Origin: an uncultured Lachnospiraceae bacterium
GTDB taxonomy: Bacteria > Bacillota > Clostridia > Lachnospirales > Lachnospiraceae
Direction: 5' to 3'
Assembly (NCBI GenBank): GCA_947173945.1
Contig: CAMWGV010000010.1
Location: 56-64,055 of the forward strand
DNA length: 64,000 nucleotides
Positions 29,585-39,606 of this stretch are shown here, piece after piece; positions within the stretch are counted from its first letter, which is position 1, and each line of letters opens with the position of its first letter. The position numbers were made by a program, and so were the translations under genes. Below the pieces are notes generated by a model. The model saw nothing but the letters and a program-made list of their open reading frames with translations. It was not told the origin of the DNA and did no database searches.

Positions 29585-29753
29585 AAAAACTCCTGTTAAT
29601 TAATTGTTATTTCATATATAATAAATCATGTGGATATCATACTGAGAATATTCATATTCAGAATATAAATATTGTTAGTGTGACAGCCACATTATATCAG
29701 AACATAAAATGAAAAACAATGAACGATATGTAAATTCGATTGGGAGTAATATT

Positions 29754-30305
29754 ATGCAACAGCTAATTGAATTAGATGGCAGCATTCTTTTATGGATTCA
29801 ACAGCATTTAAGAACGGATATCATGACAGCTATCATGAAGGCTGTGACAATGCTTGCAGACAGAGGGATTTTTTTGATAGCTGTGGCGGTTTTGCTTATG
29901 GCATTTAAACCGACAAGAAAAACAGGTATAGCTGCCATGTTAGGTCTTATTATTAATTTACTTATTGTAAATGTATGGCTGAAAAATATGATTGATCGTA
30001 CAAGACCGTACTATATGGTTGAAGGGCTCAACAGTCTTTTGCCGCCTCAGCTCGATTCCTCGTTTCCATCCGGACACACAAGTCATGCTTTTGCAATGGC
30101 TGCCGTTATATGGTCAACAGCGGAAAAGAAATATGGTATTGCAGCCATTGTTTTGGCAACAATGATTGCATTTAGCAGGCTTTATCTTGGGGTACATTAT
30201 CCTTCCGATGTTTTTGCCGGTGTTTTGATAGGGATTCTTTCGGGATTTATTAGTGTTGTAATTGTAAAACGATGGAAAATGTCAAATACAATCGAAGAAA
30301 ATTGA
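29754..30305 (+). CDS. PAP2-family phosphatase (BcrC-like)
   Basis: KNMIDRTRP, SFPSGH and SRLYLGVHYPSD motifs. Confidence 0.92.
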   Translation: MQQLIELDGSILLWIQQHLRTDIMTAIMKAVTMLADRGIFLIAVAVLLMAFKPTRKTGIAAMLGLIINLLIVNVWLKNMIDRTRPYYMVEGLNSLLPPQLDSSFPSGHTSHAFAMAAVIWSTAEKKYGIAAIVLATMIAFSRLYLGVHYPSDVFAGVLIGILSGFISVVIVKRWKMSNTIEEN

Positions 30306-30337
30306 CTTAAGTATAGTAAAAATACACAAAAAATAAA

Positions 30338-30367
30338 TTGACGGCAATTATATATTTATATATAATT
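30338..30367 (+). promoter_or_regulatory. Sigma-70/A promoter overlapped by a 10-bp inverted repeat
   Basis: TTGACG (30338-43), 17 bp, TATAAT (30361-66); IR aattatatat-tt-atatataatt at 30346-30367. Confidence 0.75.
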
Positions 30368-30435
30368 ATTATTGAAGTAAGTAGCTAAAAGCAGATATTT
30401 TGCACAATATGAGCTACACGAAAGGTGGAATAATT

Positions 30436-30753
30436 ATGACATACGAAGAGATAGTGGAATCAGTAAGAAAGAGACTTAAGGACGTTGATACAAGTTCTGT
30501 AAAGGATTTACTTGCTATTCAGGTAAACATTACAGGAGAAGGTGAGGGTGCATTTTATGTAGAAGTAAAGGATGGAGTACTCTCAGTTGAACCTTATGAG
30601 TATTATGACAGACAGGCAAAGATTACAATGAAGTCTAAGAATTTTATTGCTCTTATGGATGGAAAGCTTGATCCTGTTGCAGCGTTTACTTTGGGCAAGC
30701 TTAAGGTAGACGGAAGCATAGAAAAGGTACTGGAATTCAGCAAGCTTCTGTAG
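30436..30753 (+). CDS. SCP2 sterol/lipid-binding domain protein
   Basis: FIALMDGKLDPVAAFTLGKLKVDGS motif. Confidence 0.9.
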   Translation: MTYEEIVESVRKRLKDVDTSSVKDLLAIQVNITGEGEGAFYVEVKDGVLSVEPYEYYDRQAKITMKSKNFIALMDGKLDPVAAFTLGKLKVDGSIEKVLEFSKLL

Positions 30754-30789
30754 CATTTTTCTTTCATAGGGAACACACAGGAGGATTGT

Positions 30790-31788
30790 ATGGCAAAAAA
30801 CGAACATCAAAAGCTCAAGCTAATATACATTTTGGAAATGTTTTACCGTGAAACGGATGAAAATCATGGAGTTACGATAAAGGATATACAGAGTATGCTT
30901 GAAGGACATGATATAAAGTCTGAGAGAAAAAGTCTTTATAATGATATAGAGACACTGTGTTATCACGGAATGGATATTGTAAAGGAAAAACGTGACCGAA
31001 ATATGTATTACAAGCTTGTTTCAAGAGACTTTGAACTTGCTGAGCTTAAGCTTTTGGTGGATGCTGTACAATCCTCCAAATTTATTACCGTAAACAAGAC
31101 CCATGAGCTGATAAAAAAATTGGAAAGCCTGACAAGCAGGCATGAGGCAGGAGAGCTTCAGCGACAGGTTTACGTGGTAAACAGGATAAAAAACCCAAAT
31201 GAGAAAATTTACGTTTCAGTAGATGCCCTGCATAAGGCAATACATAAAGGGGTTCAGGTTGAATTTTTGTATACTGCATGGAATATGAAAAAAGAGCTGG
31301 AACCAAGACATAATGGGAAAATATATAGGGTAAGTCCGTGGGAGCTTGTCTGGGATGATGAAAACTATTATCTGATTGGGTACGACGAGACCGACCATAT
31401 AATAAAGCATTACAGAGTGGATAAGATAGACAGGCTTACAGAGACTGATATTCCAAGACAGGGAAAGGAATGCTTTGAAAATTATGATCCGGCAACCTAT
31501 TCAAAGAAAACCTTCGGTATGTACGGAGGAAAGGAATATCAGGTAAAGCTCAGGGTAGAAAATCGTCTTGTAGGAGTTATCATAGACCGGTTTGGAACTG
31601 GTGTTATGCTTCATAAGGAGAAGGATTCGGAGCATTTTACGGTAAATGTAGATGTGGCAGTCAGTGAACAGTTTTTAGGCTGGATAGCAGGTCTTGGAAG
31701 CGGTGTCGAGATTGTTGCACCTGATGATGTCAGAAATAAAATGGCTGATATGGTAAGAATGCTTAGCGAAAAATACAATGTAAAGTAA
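30790..31788 (+). CDS. WYL-domain (YafY-like) wHTH transcriptional regulator
   Basis: N-terminal wHTH (KSERKSLYNDIETL), YRVSPWELVWDDENYYL and YRVDKI motifs. Confidence 0.9.
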   Translation: MAKNEHQKLKLIYILEMFYRETDENHGVTIKDIQSMLEGHDIKSERKSLYNDIETLCYHGMDIVKEKRDRNMYYKLVSRDFELAELKLLVDAVQSSKFITVNKTHELIKKLESLTSRHEAGELQRQVYVVNRIKNPNEKIYVSVDALHKAIHKGVQVEFLYTAWNMKKELEPRHNGKIYRVSPWELVWDDENYYLIGYDETDHIIKHYRVDKIDRLTETDIPRQGKECFENYDPATYSKKTFGMYGGKEYQVKLRVENRLVGVIIDRFGTGVMLHKEKDSEHFTVNVDVAVSEQFLGWIAGLGSGVEIVAPDDVRNKMADMVRMLSEKYNVK

Positions 31789-31801
31789 AAGTGGTAGTGA
31801 T

Positions 31802-32842
31802 ATGCAGGAAGCGGATAAACTGATTTCGGGAGAAAAACTTACACATGGTGAATATGTACGGCTTGTGGAAAGCTATAAGGATGAACATGTCCGTGAGGCT
31901 TTGCAAAACGAAGCTGTGCGCATAAGAAGTGTGCATTATGGCAGACGTGTATTCATTAGAGGGTTAATTGAATTCACAAATTACTGTCGTAATGGATGCT
32001 TTTATTGTGGAATAAATTCCTCATGCAAAAGCGTAACAAGATACAGGCTTACAAAGGAGGAAATTTTAGAATGCTGCTCCAAGGGGTACGAATACGGATT
32101 TAGGACATTCGTGCTTCAAGGTGGTGAGGATATGTATTTCACGGATGATATTTTAGTTGACATAATATCATCTATAAAAAATATGTTTCCTGACTGTGCC
32201 GTAACGTTGTCGGTAGGCGAAAGGGAATATTCAAGCTATGCAAAGCTGAAAAAAGCGGGTGCGGACCGATATTTGTTAAGACATGAAACGGCTGACGAAC
32301 AGCATTATAAAAGGCTTCATCCGAAGGGCATGAGCCTGTCAGAAAGAAAAAGATGCCTGTATAACCTAAAGGAGCTAGGATATCAGGTGGGAGCAGGGTT
32401 TATGGTAGGTTCACCGGGGCAGACAAGCGATACGATTGCTTCAGATTTGGAGTTTTTAAGTGAGTTGTCACCCCATATGATAGGGATAGGTCCGTTTATT
32501 CCCCATCATGACACAATCTTTGCAAAGGAGGAGCAGGGCAGTGTTGAACTTACCCTGCATTTGCTGACAATACTTAGAATTATGTTTCCGAAGGTACTTC
32601 TTCCTGCAACAACGGCACTTGGTACAGCTGAGACTGACGGAAGGGAAAGGGGCATACTTGCAGGTGCCAATGTAGTCATGCCGAACCTATCACCTGTAAA
32701 TTACAGAAAGGAGTATGCTCTTTATGACAATAAAATATGCACCGGCGATGAGGCTGCCGAGTGCATAGAAAATCTTAAAGAAAAATTCCTGAAAATAGGG
32801 TATGAAATTGTTCAGGATAGAGGAGACTATCCATTTGGTTGA
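31802..32842 (+). CDS. hydE: [FeFe]-hydrogenase H-cluster radical SAM maturase HydE
   Basis: RGLIEFTNYCRNGCFYCG, YLLRHET, IGIGPFIPH, GANVVMPNLSP and YALYDNK motifs. Confidence 0.9.
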   Translation: MQEADKLISGEKLTHGEYVRLVESYKDEHVREALQNEAVRIRSVHYGRRVFIRGLIEFTNYCRNGCFYCGINSSCKSVTRYRLTKEEILECCSKGYEYGFRTFVLQGGEDMYFTDDILVDIISSIKNMFPDCAVTLSVGEREYSSYAKLKKAGADRYLLRHETADEQHYKRLHPKGMSLSERKRCLYNLKELGYQVGAGFMVGSPGQTSDTIASDLEFLSELSPHMIGIGPFIPHHDTIFAKEEQGSVELTLHLLTILRIMFPKVLLPATTALGTAETDGRERGILAGANVVMPNLSPVNYRKEYALYDNKICTGDEAAECIENLKEKFLKIGYEIVQDRGDYPFG

Positions 32843-32855
32843 CATAATTCGTTTT

Positions 32856-33722
32856 CTACCGGTTCTGCTGTGTGGTTAAAAGATTTAGAAGCTCGTCCGG
32901 TGAGAATGTATATTTTGTACGACAGAAATCACATACTACTTCGATTGGCTTGTCTTCGTCAATCATGTCGGCAATTTCCTTACGTCCAAGACTTATTACT
33001 GCCTTTTCAACACGCTCCTTGCTGCAGTCGCACATGTAGGCACAGGATAATTTATCAGTAATATTGACATCATAACCCTCAAATATAGTTTCTATTATTT
33101 TCTCAACGGACATTCCCTGTTCCAACATGGAAGTAAAAGAAAAATCCTTTAGCTTTTCTTCCAGAAAAGCAATTATTTCTTCTTTTGCAAAAGGCATAAG
33201 CTGTATTATAAAACCACCTGCAACGAGAACAGATGCGTCGTTATTTAGAAGAACACCGAGGGCAACCGAGGATGGTATCTGCTCACTTGTCACAAAGTAG
33301 TAGGTAAGGTCCTCAGCAATTTCGCTGCTTACAAGGTGTGTCTGTCCCACATATGGCTCTTTCATTCCGATATCTTTAATAACGCTCATGACACCTAAAT
33401 CAATTGCTTTTGCGACATCCTTTGCAGGAAGCATAACATCCGCTTCACTTACATAGCCTTTGACGTTTCCGTTTGAGTCAGCAGTTACAAGCAGACCATG
33501 TATAGGACCCTGGCATTCTATTCTTATGGTTAAAGTGTCCGAATCATTTTTGCACATGGCACCCATCAGTGCACCGCCTGTTAAAAGTCTGCCCAGAGCA
33601 TTTGTTACAACAGGGCTTGTATTGTGTGTTATTCTGGCTTTTTCTACTGTTTCTGTGGAACAGCATGCAAAAAATCTAACCTGATTATCAGCAGCCATAC
33701 CTCTTACTATATAATCTGACAT
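32856..33722 (-). CDS. hslO: Hsp33 redox-regulated chaperone
   Basis: ALGRLLTG, SEQIPS, AGGFIIQLMP, CDCSKER and CDFC motifs. Confidence 0.95.
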   Translation of the reverse strand: MSDYIVRGMAADNQVRFFACCSTETVEKARITHNTSPVVTNALGRLLTGGALMGAMCKNDSDTLTIRIECQGPIHGLLVTADSNGNVKGYVSEADVMLPAKDVAKAIDLGVMSVIKDIGMKEPYVGQTHLVSSEIAEDLTYYFVTSEQIPSSVALGVLLNNDASVLVAGGFIIQLMPFAKEEIIAFLEEKLKDFSFTSMLEQGMSVEKIIETIFEGYDVNITDKLSCAYMCDCSKERVEKAVISLGRKEIADMIDEDKPIEVVCDFCRTKYTFSPDELLNLLTTQQNR

Positions 33723-33764
33723 TTAAGTAAAACCTCCTGAAATATATGTGATAATATGAGTAAT

Positions 33765-34520
33765 CTATTTTCCATGTTCACGTGCGATAACGTAAATACG
33801 TTCACTGTCATTTGTTGCAGAGTCATGTGTAAATGCATCATAAGCACATACAAGCTCAAGCCCTGACTGTTCAACTAATGTTATCATTTCCTCTAAAGTA
33901 TACCCTTTTTGAAGATGGAGCTCTTCATATTTGCGAAAAAGATCATCATCTGTTTCTCTTATAAAAAGGCTGAGGGCAAGCTCATTTATGTTGGACTTGG
34001 CATCATAGTAATTGTCCCATATAAAGCTTATGTCCTCCCTGTCCTCGGCGATTGTCGCATCGGCAACTACATCGAGATAGTAATGACGTGTGTTAAAATC
34101 AAAAATAAATACGCCTTTTGGGTCCAGGTAATTATTTACAAGGGAAAATACATGTACAAGCTCATCCGGCTCCAAGATATAGTTAATGCTGTCACAGACA
34201 CTTACAACTGCGGATACGGTTCCATAAAGCTCAAACTCCCTCATATCCTGACAAAGGTACAGGGATGTTGAGGCTTCGCTTTTTTTTGATCTTGCCATGT
34301 TAAGCATGGACGGGGAAGTGTCTATGCCAATCATATCATAGCCAGATACGGCTAATCGTTCAGTTATATTACCGGTTCCGCAGCCCAGCTCAACTATTAT
34401 GCCATTTTTTATACCATATTCCGTCAATAAACCATGTATATAGTCAAACCAGTCATCGTAAGGAATATTATCCATCAACCGGTCATAAACCAAAGCAAAA
34501 TCCGAGTATGCCTCTGCCAT
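33765..34520 (-). CDS. Class I SAM-dependent methyltransferase
   Basis: FALVYDRLM, VELGCGTG and DSINY motifs. Confidence 0.9.
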   Translation of the reverse strand: MAEAYSDFALVYDRLMDNIPYDDWFDYIHGLLTEYGIKNGIIVELGCGTGNITERLAVSGYDMIGIDTSPSMLNMARSKKSEASTSLYLCQDMREFELYGTVSAVVSVCDSINYILEPDELVHVFSLVNNYLDPKGVFIFDFNTRHYYLDVVADATIAEDREDISFIWDNYYDAKSNINELALSLFIRETDDDLFRKYEELHLQKGYTLEEMITLVEQSGLELVCAYDAFTHDSATNDSERIYVIAREHGK

Positions 34521-34706
34521 GAAAACACCTGCCTTTGTGTTATATAATAATACATTTTAATTACCGCTAAATTATAAGATAAAAAAAAGACAAATACAAG
34601 CATGTTTACTTAGACTTTTACTTATGCTAAACTAAAAAATACTTGTCAAAAAGCAACAACATGGATATAACCGGATTGGCGCTTGGATGATTAATAAAAA
34701 TATTGC

Positions 34707-36713
34707 GTGGAAAGGAAAAGAAAAATGGCAGGATTTATTACATATCCCCTTATTATGATATACTTGGAAATCATGTTTCATGTGGCGGTATATGGTGGAG
34801 TAAACAGATTTATTATTTATCCCATTGTGTTTGGATTTGCCATAGGAATATCTGTTTTTGCCATTTTAAATTTATTGCCACGTCTTGCCGGAAAAATAAC
34901 AGGCAGTGTTGTTGTGGGACTTTTTTGTATTTATTACATAGTGCAGCTTATATATTTTAAAATATTCGGTACATTTTTAAGTCTTGTTTCTGTGGGTGGT
35001 GCCGAAAATGCAATGAATTTCAAGAGCATTTTATATGAAAAGCTTGGGGAAAATGCGGGATGGATTGTGGCACTTATGTTGCCGCTTGTACTTCTGATTT
35101 TTCTGAATATAAAAGGGTTATTGAAGAAAACAGATTTGAAAGGAAAGCTGATTGGGGCGGGAGCTTCCGTGGTAAGCTTTGTTGCCGCAGTTTTGTCGTT
35201 AAATTTACATGGAAGAAATATGTATTCACCGTATAACCTGTTTCATGAGAAGTATGTGCTTGAACTTTCCATGAATAAGCTTGGAGTGGCAGTCACCACT
35301 GTAAGGGACGGAATGAGCCTTATGGGAAAAGCAGATGATGTAAAAAACTTTGAAATGCCTGCCCAGGCTGAGGAGGAACAAAAAGTGAATGCCTATATGG
35401 GTGTTGCAAATTTAAATATGTCGGGGGATACTGACAACATTATCCTATATGAAGCATGGATAGATGAAACGATTGATTTTAATAAGCTTTATAATGAGAC
35501 TGACGACAGTGAACTGAAAAACATAACTGCATACATGACAGGCTGTGAACCTTCATACAAAAATGAGTATACCGGAATGTTTAAGGACTATAATTTAGTG
35601 TTTGTCACTGCGGAAAGCCTTAGCAGATATGGTATATCGGATGCATGTACGCCAACTCTTTACAAGCTTATGAATGAAGGCTTCGTATTTGATAATTTCT
35701 ATAATCCTATATGGTATCACAGCACGATAGACGGGGAGTATGTGAATTGTCTCAGCCAATACCCATGCTCGTCACAGTGGAGCTTTTATAAGTCAGGGGA
35801 AACGTATCAGCCATATGCGCTGGGAAACGCATTGAATTCATACGGATATGAAAGCTATGCATACCATGATTTTGTTTTTTATTATTATGACAGAAGCATT
35901 ACCCATCCGAATATGGGATATGATTTTAAGGCAGTAGATTATGGACTTGATATACCATGCTATGTTATGTATTCAGACATAGACATGATTGAGGCATCAT
36001 ATGAGGAATTTATAGACAAGGATAAATTTCATGTGTATTACATGACCTTCAGCGGACATCTTCCCTATAACTATAATGATAATTCCATGTGTGTGAGAAA
36101 CAGGGAGGAGGCAGAGCAGCTTACGGCAAACATGGGGCTTTCTGAGGAGGCTGTGGCATATATTGCGGCGCAGATGGAGCTTGATAAGGCACTTAATATT
36201 TTAATTGAGAAACTTGATGAACAGGGGAAGCTTGAAAACACATTGTTTGTTGTCACACCTGACCATTATCCGTATGGTCTTTCCAAAGGAACATACAATG
36301 AACTGGCAGGAATGGAAATTGAAAATGATACATTTGAAATTAACAGGTCTTGTCTCGGAATATGGAGTGCATCCATGAAGGAACCGATAAGGGTTACTAA
36401 GCCATGTGCTAGTGTTGATATACTTCCTACCGTGCTTAATCTGATGGATGTGGATTTTGACTCCAGACTTTTGGCAGGACGGGATATATTGTCAGACTCA
36501 GAACCGCTTGTAATATTTGCGGACCACAGCTTTATGAATGACAAGATAAAGTATAATACGGGTACGGGTGAGATTACATATTTGGCAGGGGAACAATATG
36601 CAAGTGAATATTATCTGGAAAAAATGATAGAAGAGGTGGAAAACAGGCTTTACATTTCAGATTTGATAATAGACAAGGACTATTTTTCGTTTGTCTTCCA
36701 TTTCCTCGATTGA
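34707..36713 (+). CDS. LTA synthase/sulfatase-family membrane protein
   Basis: N-terminal TMs; VFVTAES, STIDGE, SGHLPY and PDHYPY motifs. Confidence 0.85.
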   Translation: MERKRKMAGFITYPLIMIYLEIMFHVAVYGGVNRFIIYPIVFGFAIGISVFAILNLLPRLAGKITGSVVVGLFCIYYIVQLIYFKIFGTFLSLVSVGGAENAMNFKSILYEKLGENAGWIVALMLPLVLLIFLNIKGLLKKTDLKGKLIGAGASVVSFVAAVLSLNLHGRNMYSPYNLFHEKYVLELSMNKLGVAVTTVRDGMSLMGKADDVKNFEMPAQAEEEQKVNAYMGVANLNMSGDTDNIILYEAWIDETIDFNKLYNETDDSELKNITAYMTGCEPSYKNEYTGMFKDYNLVFVTAESLSRYGISDACTPTLYKLMNEGFVFDNFYNPIWYHSTIDGEYVNCLSQYPCSSQWSFYKSGETYQPYALGNALNSYGYESYAYHDFVFYYYDRSITHPNMGYDFKAVDYGLDIPCYVMYSDIDMIEASYEEFIDKDKFHVYYMTFSGHLPYNYNDNSMCVRNREEAEQLTANMGLSEEAVAYIAAQMELDKALNILIEKLDEQGKLENTLFVVTPDHYPYGLSKGTYNELAGMEIENDTFEINRSCLGIWSASMKEPIRVTKPCASVDILPTVLNLMDVDFDSRLLAGRDILSDSEPLVIFADHSFMNDKIKYNTGTGEITYLAGEQYASEYYLEKMIEEVENRLYISDLIIDKDYFSFVFHFLD

Positions 36714-36739
36714 TATAATAGGCCTAAATAATATTGTAA

Positions 36740-37060
36740 CTATACATCATGGTTCATTCGAATGAAAACCTTACATTGTTCAATACATATATGTTGTTGT
36801 TCTTCTGTTAGCGAACGGAAAATGCGTAACATTTCAATTTCGTTATCAGTATTTCTAGTATTTGAAGTATAGTCTAAAAGATAATCAATTGAAACATCAA
36901 AGTAATTTGCAAGTGACTTTAGTGTTGAAAAATCTGGCTCACGTGTATTTTGGACATAACTGCCCAGAGTAGATGGAGCTATATTTAATTGTGATGCTAA
37001 TTCTTTTTGTGTCATATTCCGTTCAGCTATTAAAATACGCAATTTATCACCCAAACTCAT
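36740..37060 (-). CDS. XRE-family HTH transcriptional regulator
   Basis: MTQKELASQLNIAPSTLGSYVQNTREP...YFDVSIDYLL. Confidence 0.92.
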   Translation of the reverse strand: MSLGDKLRILIAERNMTQKELASQLNIAPSTLGSYVQNTREPDFSTLKSLANYFDVSIDYLLDYTSNTRNTDNEIEMLRIFRSLTEEQQHICIEQCKVFIRMNHDV

Positions 37061-37130
37061 GCTATATACCTCCTATTTTCTATATACTAAATGAAAAAAA
37101 ATATGTTTTCTTTATAAAATACAATAAGAG

Positions 37131-37159
37131 TTGACTAAACACAAAATGAGTTGTAAAAT
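37131..37159 (+). promoter_or_regulatory. Sigma-70/A promoter divergent from the XRE gene
   Basis: TTGACT, 17 bp, TAAAAT. Confidence 0.6.
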
Positions 37160-37217
37160 GAAATAGATATATTTTGGTATGTAGAAAAATAGCGTGAGAG
37201 AGGTTATATGAATACAA

Positions 37218-37649
37218 ATGATTAAAGATAGTGCGAATATGAAAGAAGAGAGCAATGCTGGTAAGCAACAGCCTGAAGAACAAAATAAAGTCATTGTTGA
37301 AAATGCAGCTCTTTGCTCTGTATGTGGAAGATATATAAACGAAGCGAATGATAGCTGCCCTTATCGTGGATGTGGCTATGCTTATAACCAGCAGTGTTAT
37401 TGCCAAACACCAGACGGAAATCCAAATAGCATATTGAGCGTTTTGGCTTGTGTGTTGGCATTATTTACAATTTTATCTCCAGTTGCTTTTGTTTTGGCAC
37501 TTGTCGATTTAGGAATCAATGACAAAAGTAAAAAACATACTGGTTCTTGGTTTGCAATAGTATACCCCCTTATATTGATGGGCATTGTTATTGTTGTATT
37601 TTTATGCCTGACTTTGACAGTTATAAAAGAGCTTTCACTATATGCTTAA
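37218..37649 (+). CDS. Small membrane protein with Cys-rich N-terminus (DUF4190-like C-terminus)
   Basis: CSVCG...CPYRGC; two to three TM helices. Confidence 0.6.
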   Translation: MIKDSANMKEESNAGKQQPEEQNKVIVENAALCSVCGRYINEANDSCPYRGCGYAYNQQCYCQTPDGNPNSILSVLACVLALFTILSPVAFVLALVDLGINDKSKKHTGSWFAIVYPLILMGIVIVVFLCLTLTVIKELSLYA

Positions 37650-38074
37650 TCGTCAAAATCAACATCAATATAGGAAGATGTATCGAACGGTATATCAGTA
37701 CCTGTTGTGTTTGCTGTGTCATTCGTTGTTTGGGTCTGTGGCAAAATAAAAGCTTCTCGTTCTAATATTGTGCCATCGGATGCTTTGACTACATATTCAT
37801 ATTCCGTATTATTGGCGAAAAACGATACTTCATATGCGAAATGTCCGTCTTCAAATTCGAATTCGGTATGGACAGCATGAGCTTCCGCTGCATGGATGCC
37901 CGCATCTGCAAATGCATAGTTTTTTGCATCATTGGCACCAATAGAAGTTTTTTTGGCAATCATATTTACTATAAAAGTAATACCTGCAATAAAGATTAAC
38001 AGTAATGGTATAGCACAAAGAATAGAAACTATTGTTTTTGCAGGAGAATCAAAAAAATGTTTTTCCCTTTTCAT
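37646..38074 (-). CDS. PepSY-domain membrane-anchored protein
   Basis: TM helix, then AKNYAFADAG...YEVSF...EYEYVVKASDGTIL PepSY pattern. Confidence 0.7.
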   Translation of the reverse strand: MKREKHFFDSPAKTIVSILCAIPLLLIFIAGITFIVNMIAKKTSIGANDAKNYAFADAGIHAAEAHAVHTEFEFEDGHFAYEVSFFANNTEYEYVVKASDGTILEREAFILPQTQTTNDTANTTGTDIPFDTSSYIDVDFDD

Positions 38075-38284
38075 AATAAAATGTCCTTTCCGGTTGGCAA
38101 GACCATATAAATGCCTGATAATATATTTATAATATGGCATATTTTATGGCAATAATATTCGTTTACGGAAAAAAATCTTTATATACTTAGCTACACTTTT
38201 CAACATTTATTAGAATTAATTTTAGATTGCACTTATAGGTTGCGAAAAAGAACGGGAAGGTTGATAGTCTTAATTGCGACAGTT

Positions 38285-39214
38285 TCAACACTCGTCCGTC
38301 TGGGCTGGATTTACATGCACCATGATATGTTTTACCTTTGGGAAATTCTTTTCAATATCCACATGGACTTCTTCCGCGATTTCATGGGATTTCTTCAGAG
38401 TATAGGAGCCATTCACTGCAATTTCTATATCTATATATATTTTGTTTCCAAAAATGCGTGTGTGGAGGGAATCTATTCCCATAACGGATTCATTGTTCAT
38501 AACGCGTTCATAAATCTGATGTTCTGTTTCCTCATCACAGGAATGATCCACCAATTTATTGACAGCATCCTTAAAAATGTCATATGCAGCTTTCATGATA
38601 AATACAAAAATTACCAGACTAGCAATGGAATCCATAACCGGAAAGCCAAGCCTTGCTCCCGCAATTCCGATCAAAGCCCCTACAGAGGAAAATGCATCTG
38701 AACGGTGGTGCCATGCATCCGCCAGAAGCGCACTGGAGTCAATTCTTGTTGCGTTGACCTTTGTATACCAGAACATAGCCTCTTTGCCTACAATGGAAAC
38801 GACGGCTGCAACCAGCGCTAAAATCCCCGGTATTTGCAAATCACTATAATTGCCGGACAGAATATTTTTCAATGCTTTCATTCCAATGCCAAGTCCTGTC
38901 ATAAACAGAATCATTGCCAGTATAATGGCTGCTACGCATTCCATGCGCTCATGTCCATAAGGATGTTCTTTATCTGCTTCCTTTGAAGCAAGCCGAATCC
39001 CGATAATTACCACTATCGTACTAAACACGTCCGATGCGGAATGAACAGCATCACTGATCATTGCATTGGAATGAGCCACAATACCCGCTATAAGTTTAAA
39101 TACAGATAATATCAAATTGCCGGCAATGCTTACAGCTGACACCTTGTCTGCGACACGCTGGAAATTATTGTCTGACCCGATAGACTTCTTTTTTGTCACT
39201 TGTTTTCCCCTCAT
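38285..39214 (-). CDS. Cation diffusion facilitator (CzcD/FieF-like) metal efflux transporter
   Basis: ISDAVHSASD, HPYGHERME, DAWHHRSD and MVHVNP motifs. Confidence 0.93.
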   Translation of the reverse strand: MRGKQVTKKKSIGSDNNFQRVADKVSAVSIAGNLILSVFKLIAGIVAHSNAMISDAVHSASDVFSTIVVIIGIRLASKEADKEHPYGHERMECVAAIILAMILFMTGLGIGMKALKNILSGNYSDLQIPGILALVAAVVSIVGKEAMFWYTKVNATRIDSSALLADAWHHRSDAFSSVGALIGIAGARLGFPVMDSIASLVIFVFIMKAAYDIFKDAVNKLVDHSCDEETEHQIYERVMNNESVMGIDSLHTRIFGNKIYIDIEIAVNGSYTLKKSHEIAEEVHVDIEKNFPKVKHIMVHVNPAQTDEC

Positions 39215-39293
39215 ACTTAAGTTACCTCCTAAATGTTAGATAGCTCTATGACACCAATATATGTGGGAATTTAGAGGATTGCCTTTATATAAA

Positions 39294-39342
39294 GAATAAA
39301 AAATACCCACGAACCAGTATTAGTAACTACTGTCCCGTGGAT
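39294..39342 (-). terminator. Riboswitch-controlled intrinsic terminator overlapping the NiCo 3' strand
   Basis: Minus strand ccacgggacagtag-ttacta-atactggttcgtggg followed by a U-rich tail. Confidence 0.75.
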
Positions 39343-39408
39343 AGAAGATTCCACTGCCACTCATGTGACCCGACTCCATGACACATGGTCACGGTCTGTT
39401 CAGTTTGT
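39325..39408 (-). ncRNA. NiCo (czcD) Ni2+/Co2+ riboswitch
   Basis: Minus strand reads ACUG-AACAGAC-CGUGAC-caugu-GUCAUG-GAGUC-GGG-UCAC-auga-GUGG-CA-GUGGA-aucuucua-UCCAC-GGGA-CAGU. This is a four-way junction with NiCo-type junction bases, directly upstream of a CDF gene. Confidence 0.88.
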
Positions 39409-39500
39409 ACTGTAGATTTATATGCAGTGCAAAAAGCAGTTATAGGCTAACATAGGCATCTGATATTGTCAAGCAAATTTGGAGAGTAAAAATTCTACGA

Positions 39501-39529
39501 TTTACTTTTGAACCTTGATATGCTATACT
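39501..39529 (+). promoter_or_regulatory. Probable extended -10 promoter of ychF
   Basis: TTTACT, 17 bp, then TGc-TATACT. Confidence 0.55.
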
Positions 39530-39606
39530 ACCGTAGATATTGTGGCTCTTTTTTTGAAAACCAAAAATTTATAAAACTAAGTAGATCCAAAGGAGATTAA
39601 GATAAA

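Noticed and set aside
30790-31788. WYL gene as the marker of a defence island
   Set aside because: Its neighbours are housekeeping genes (SCP2, hydE, hslO), with no nuclease, TA or mobility genes nearby
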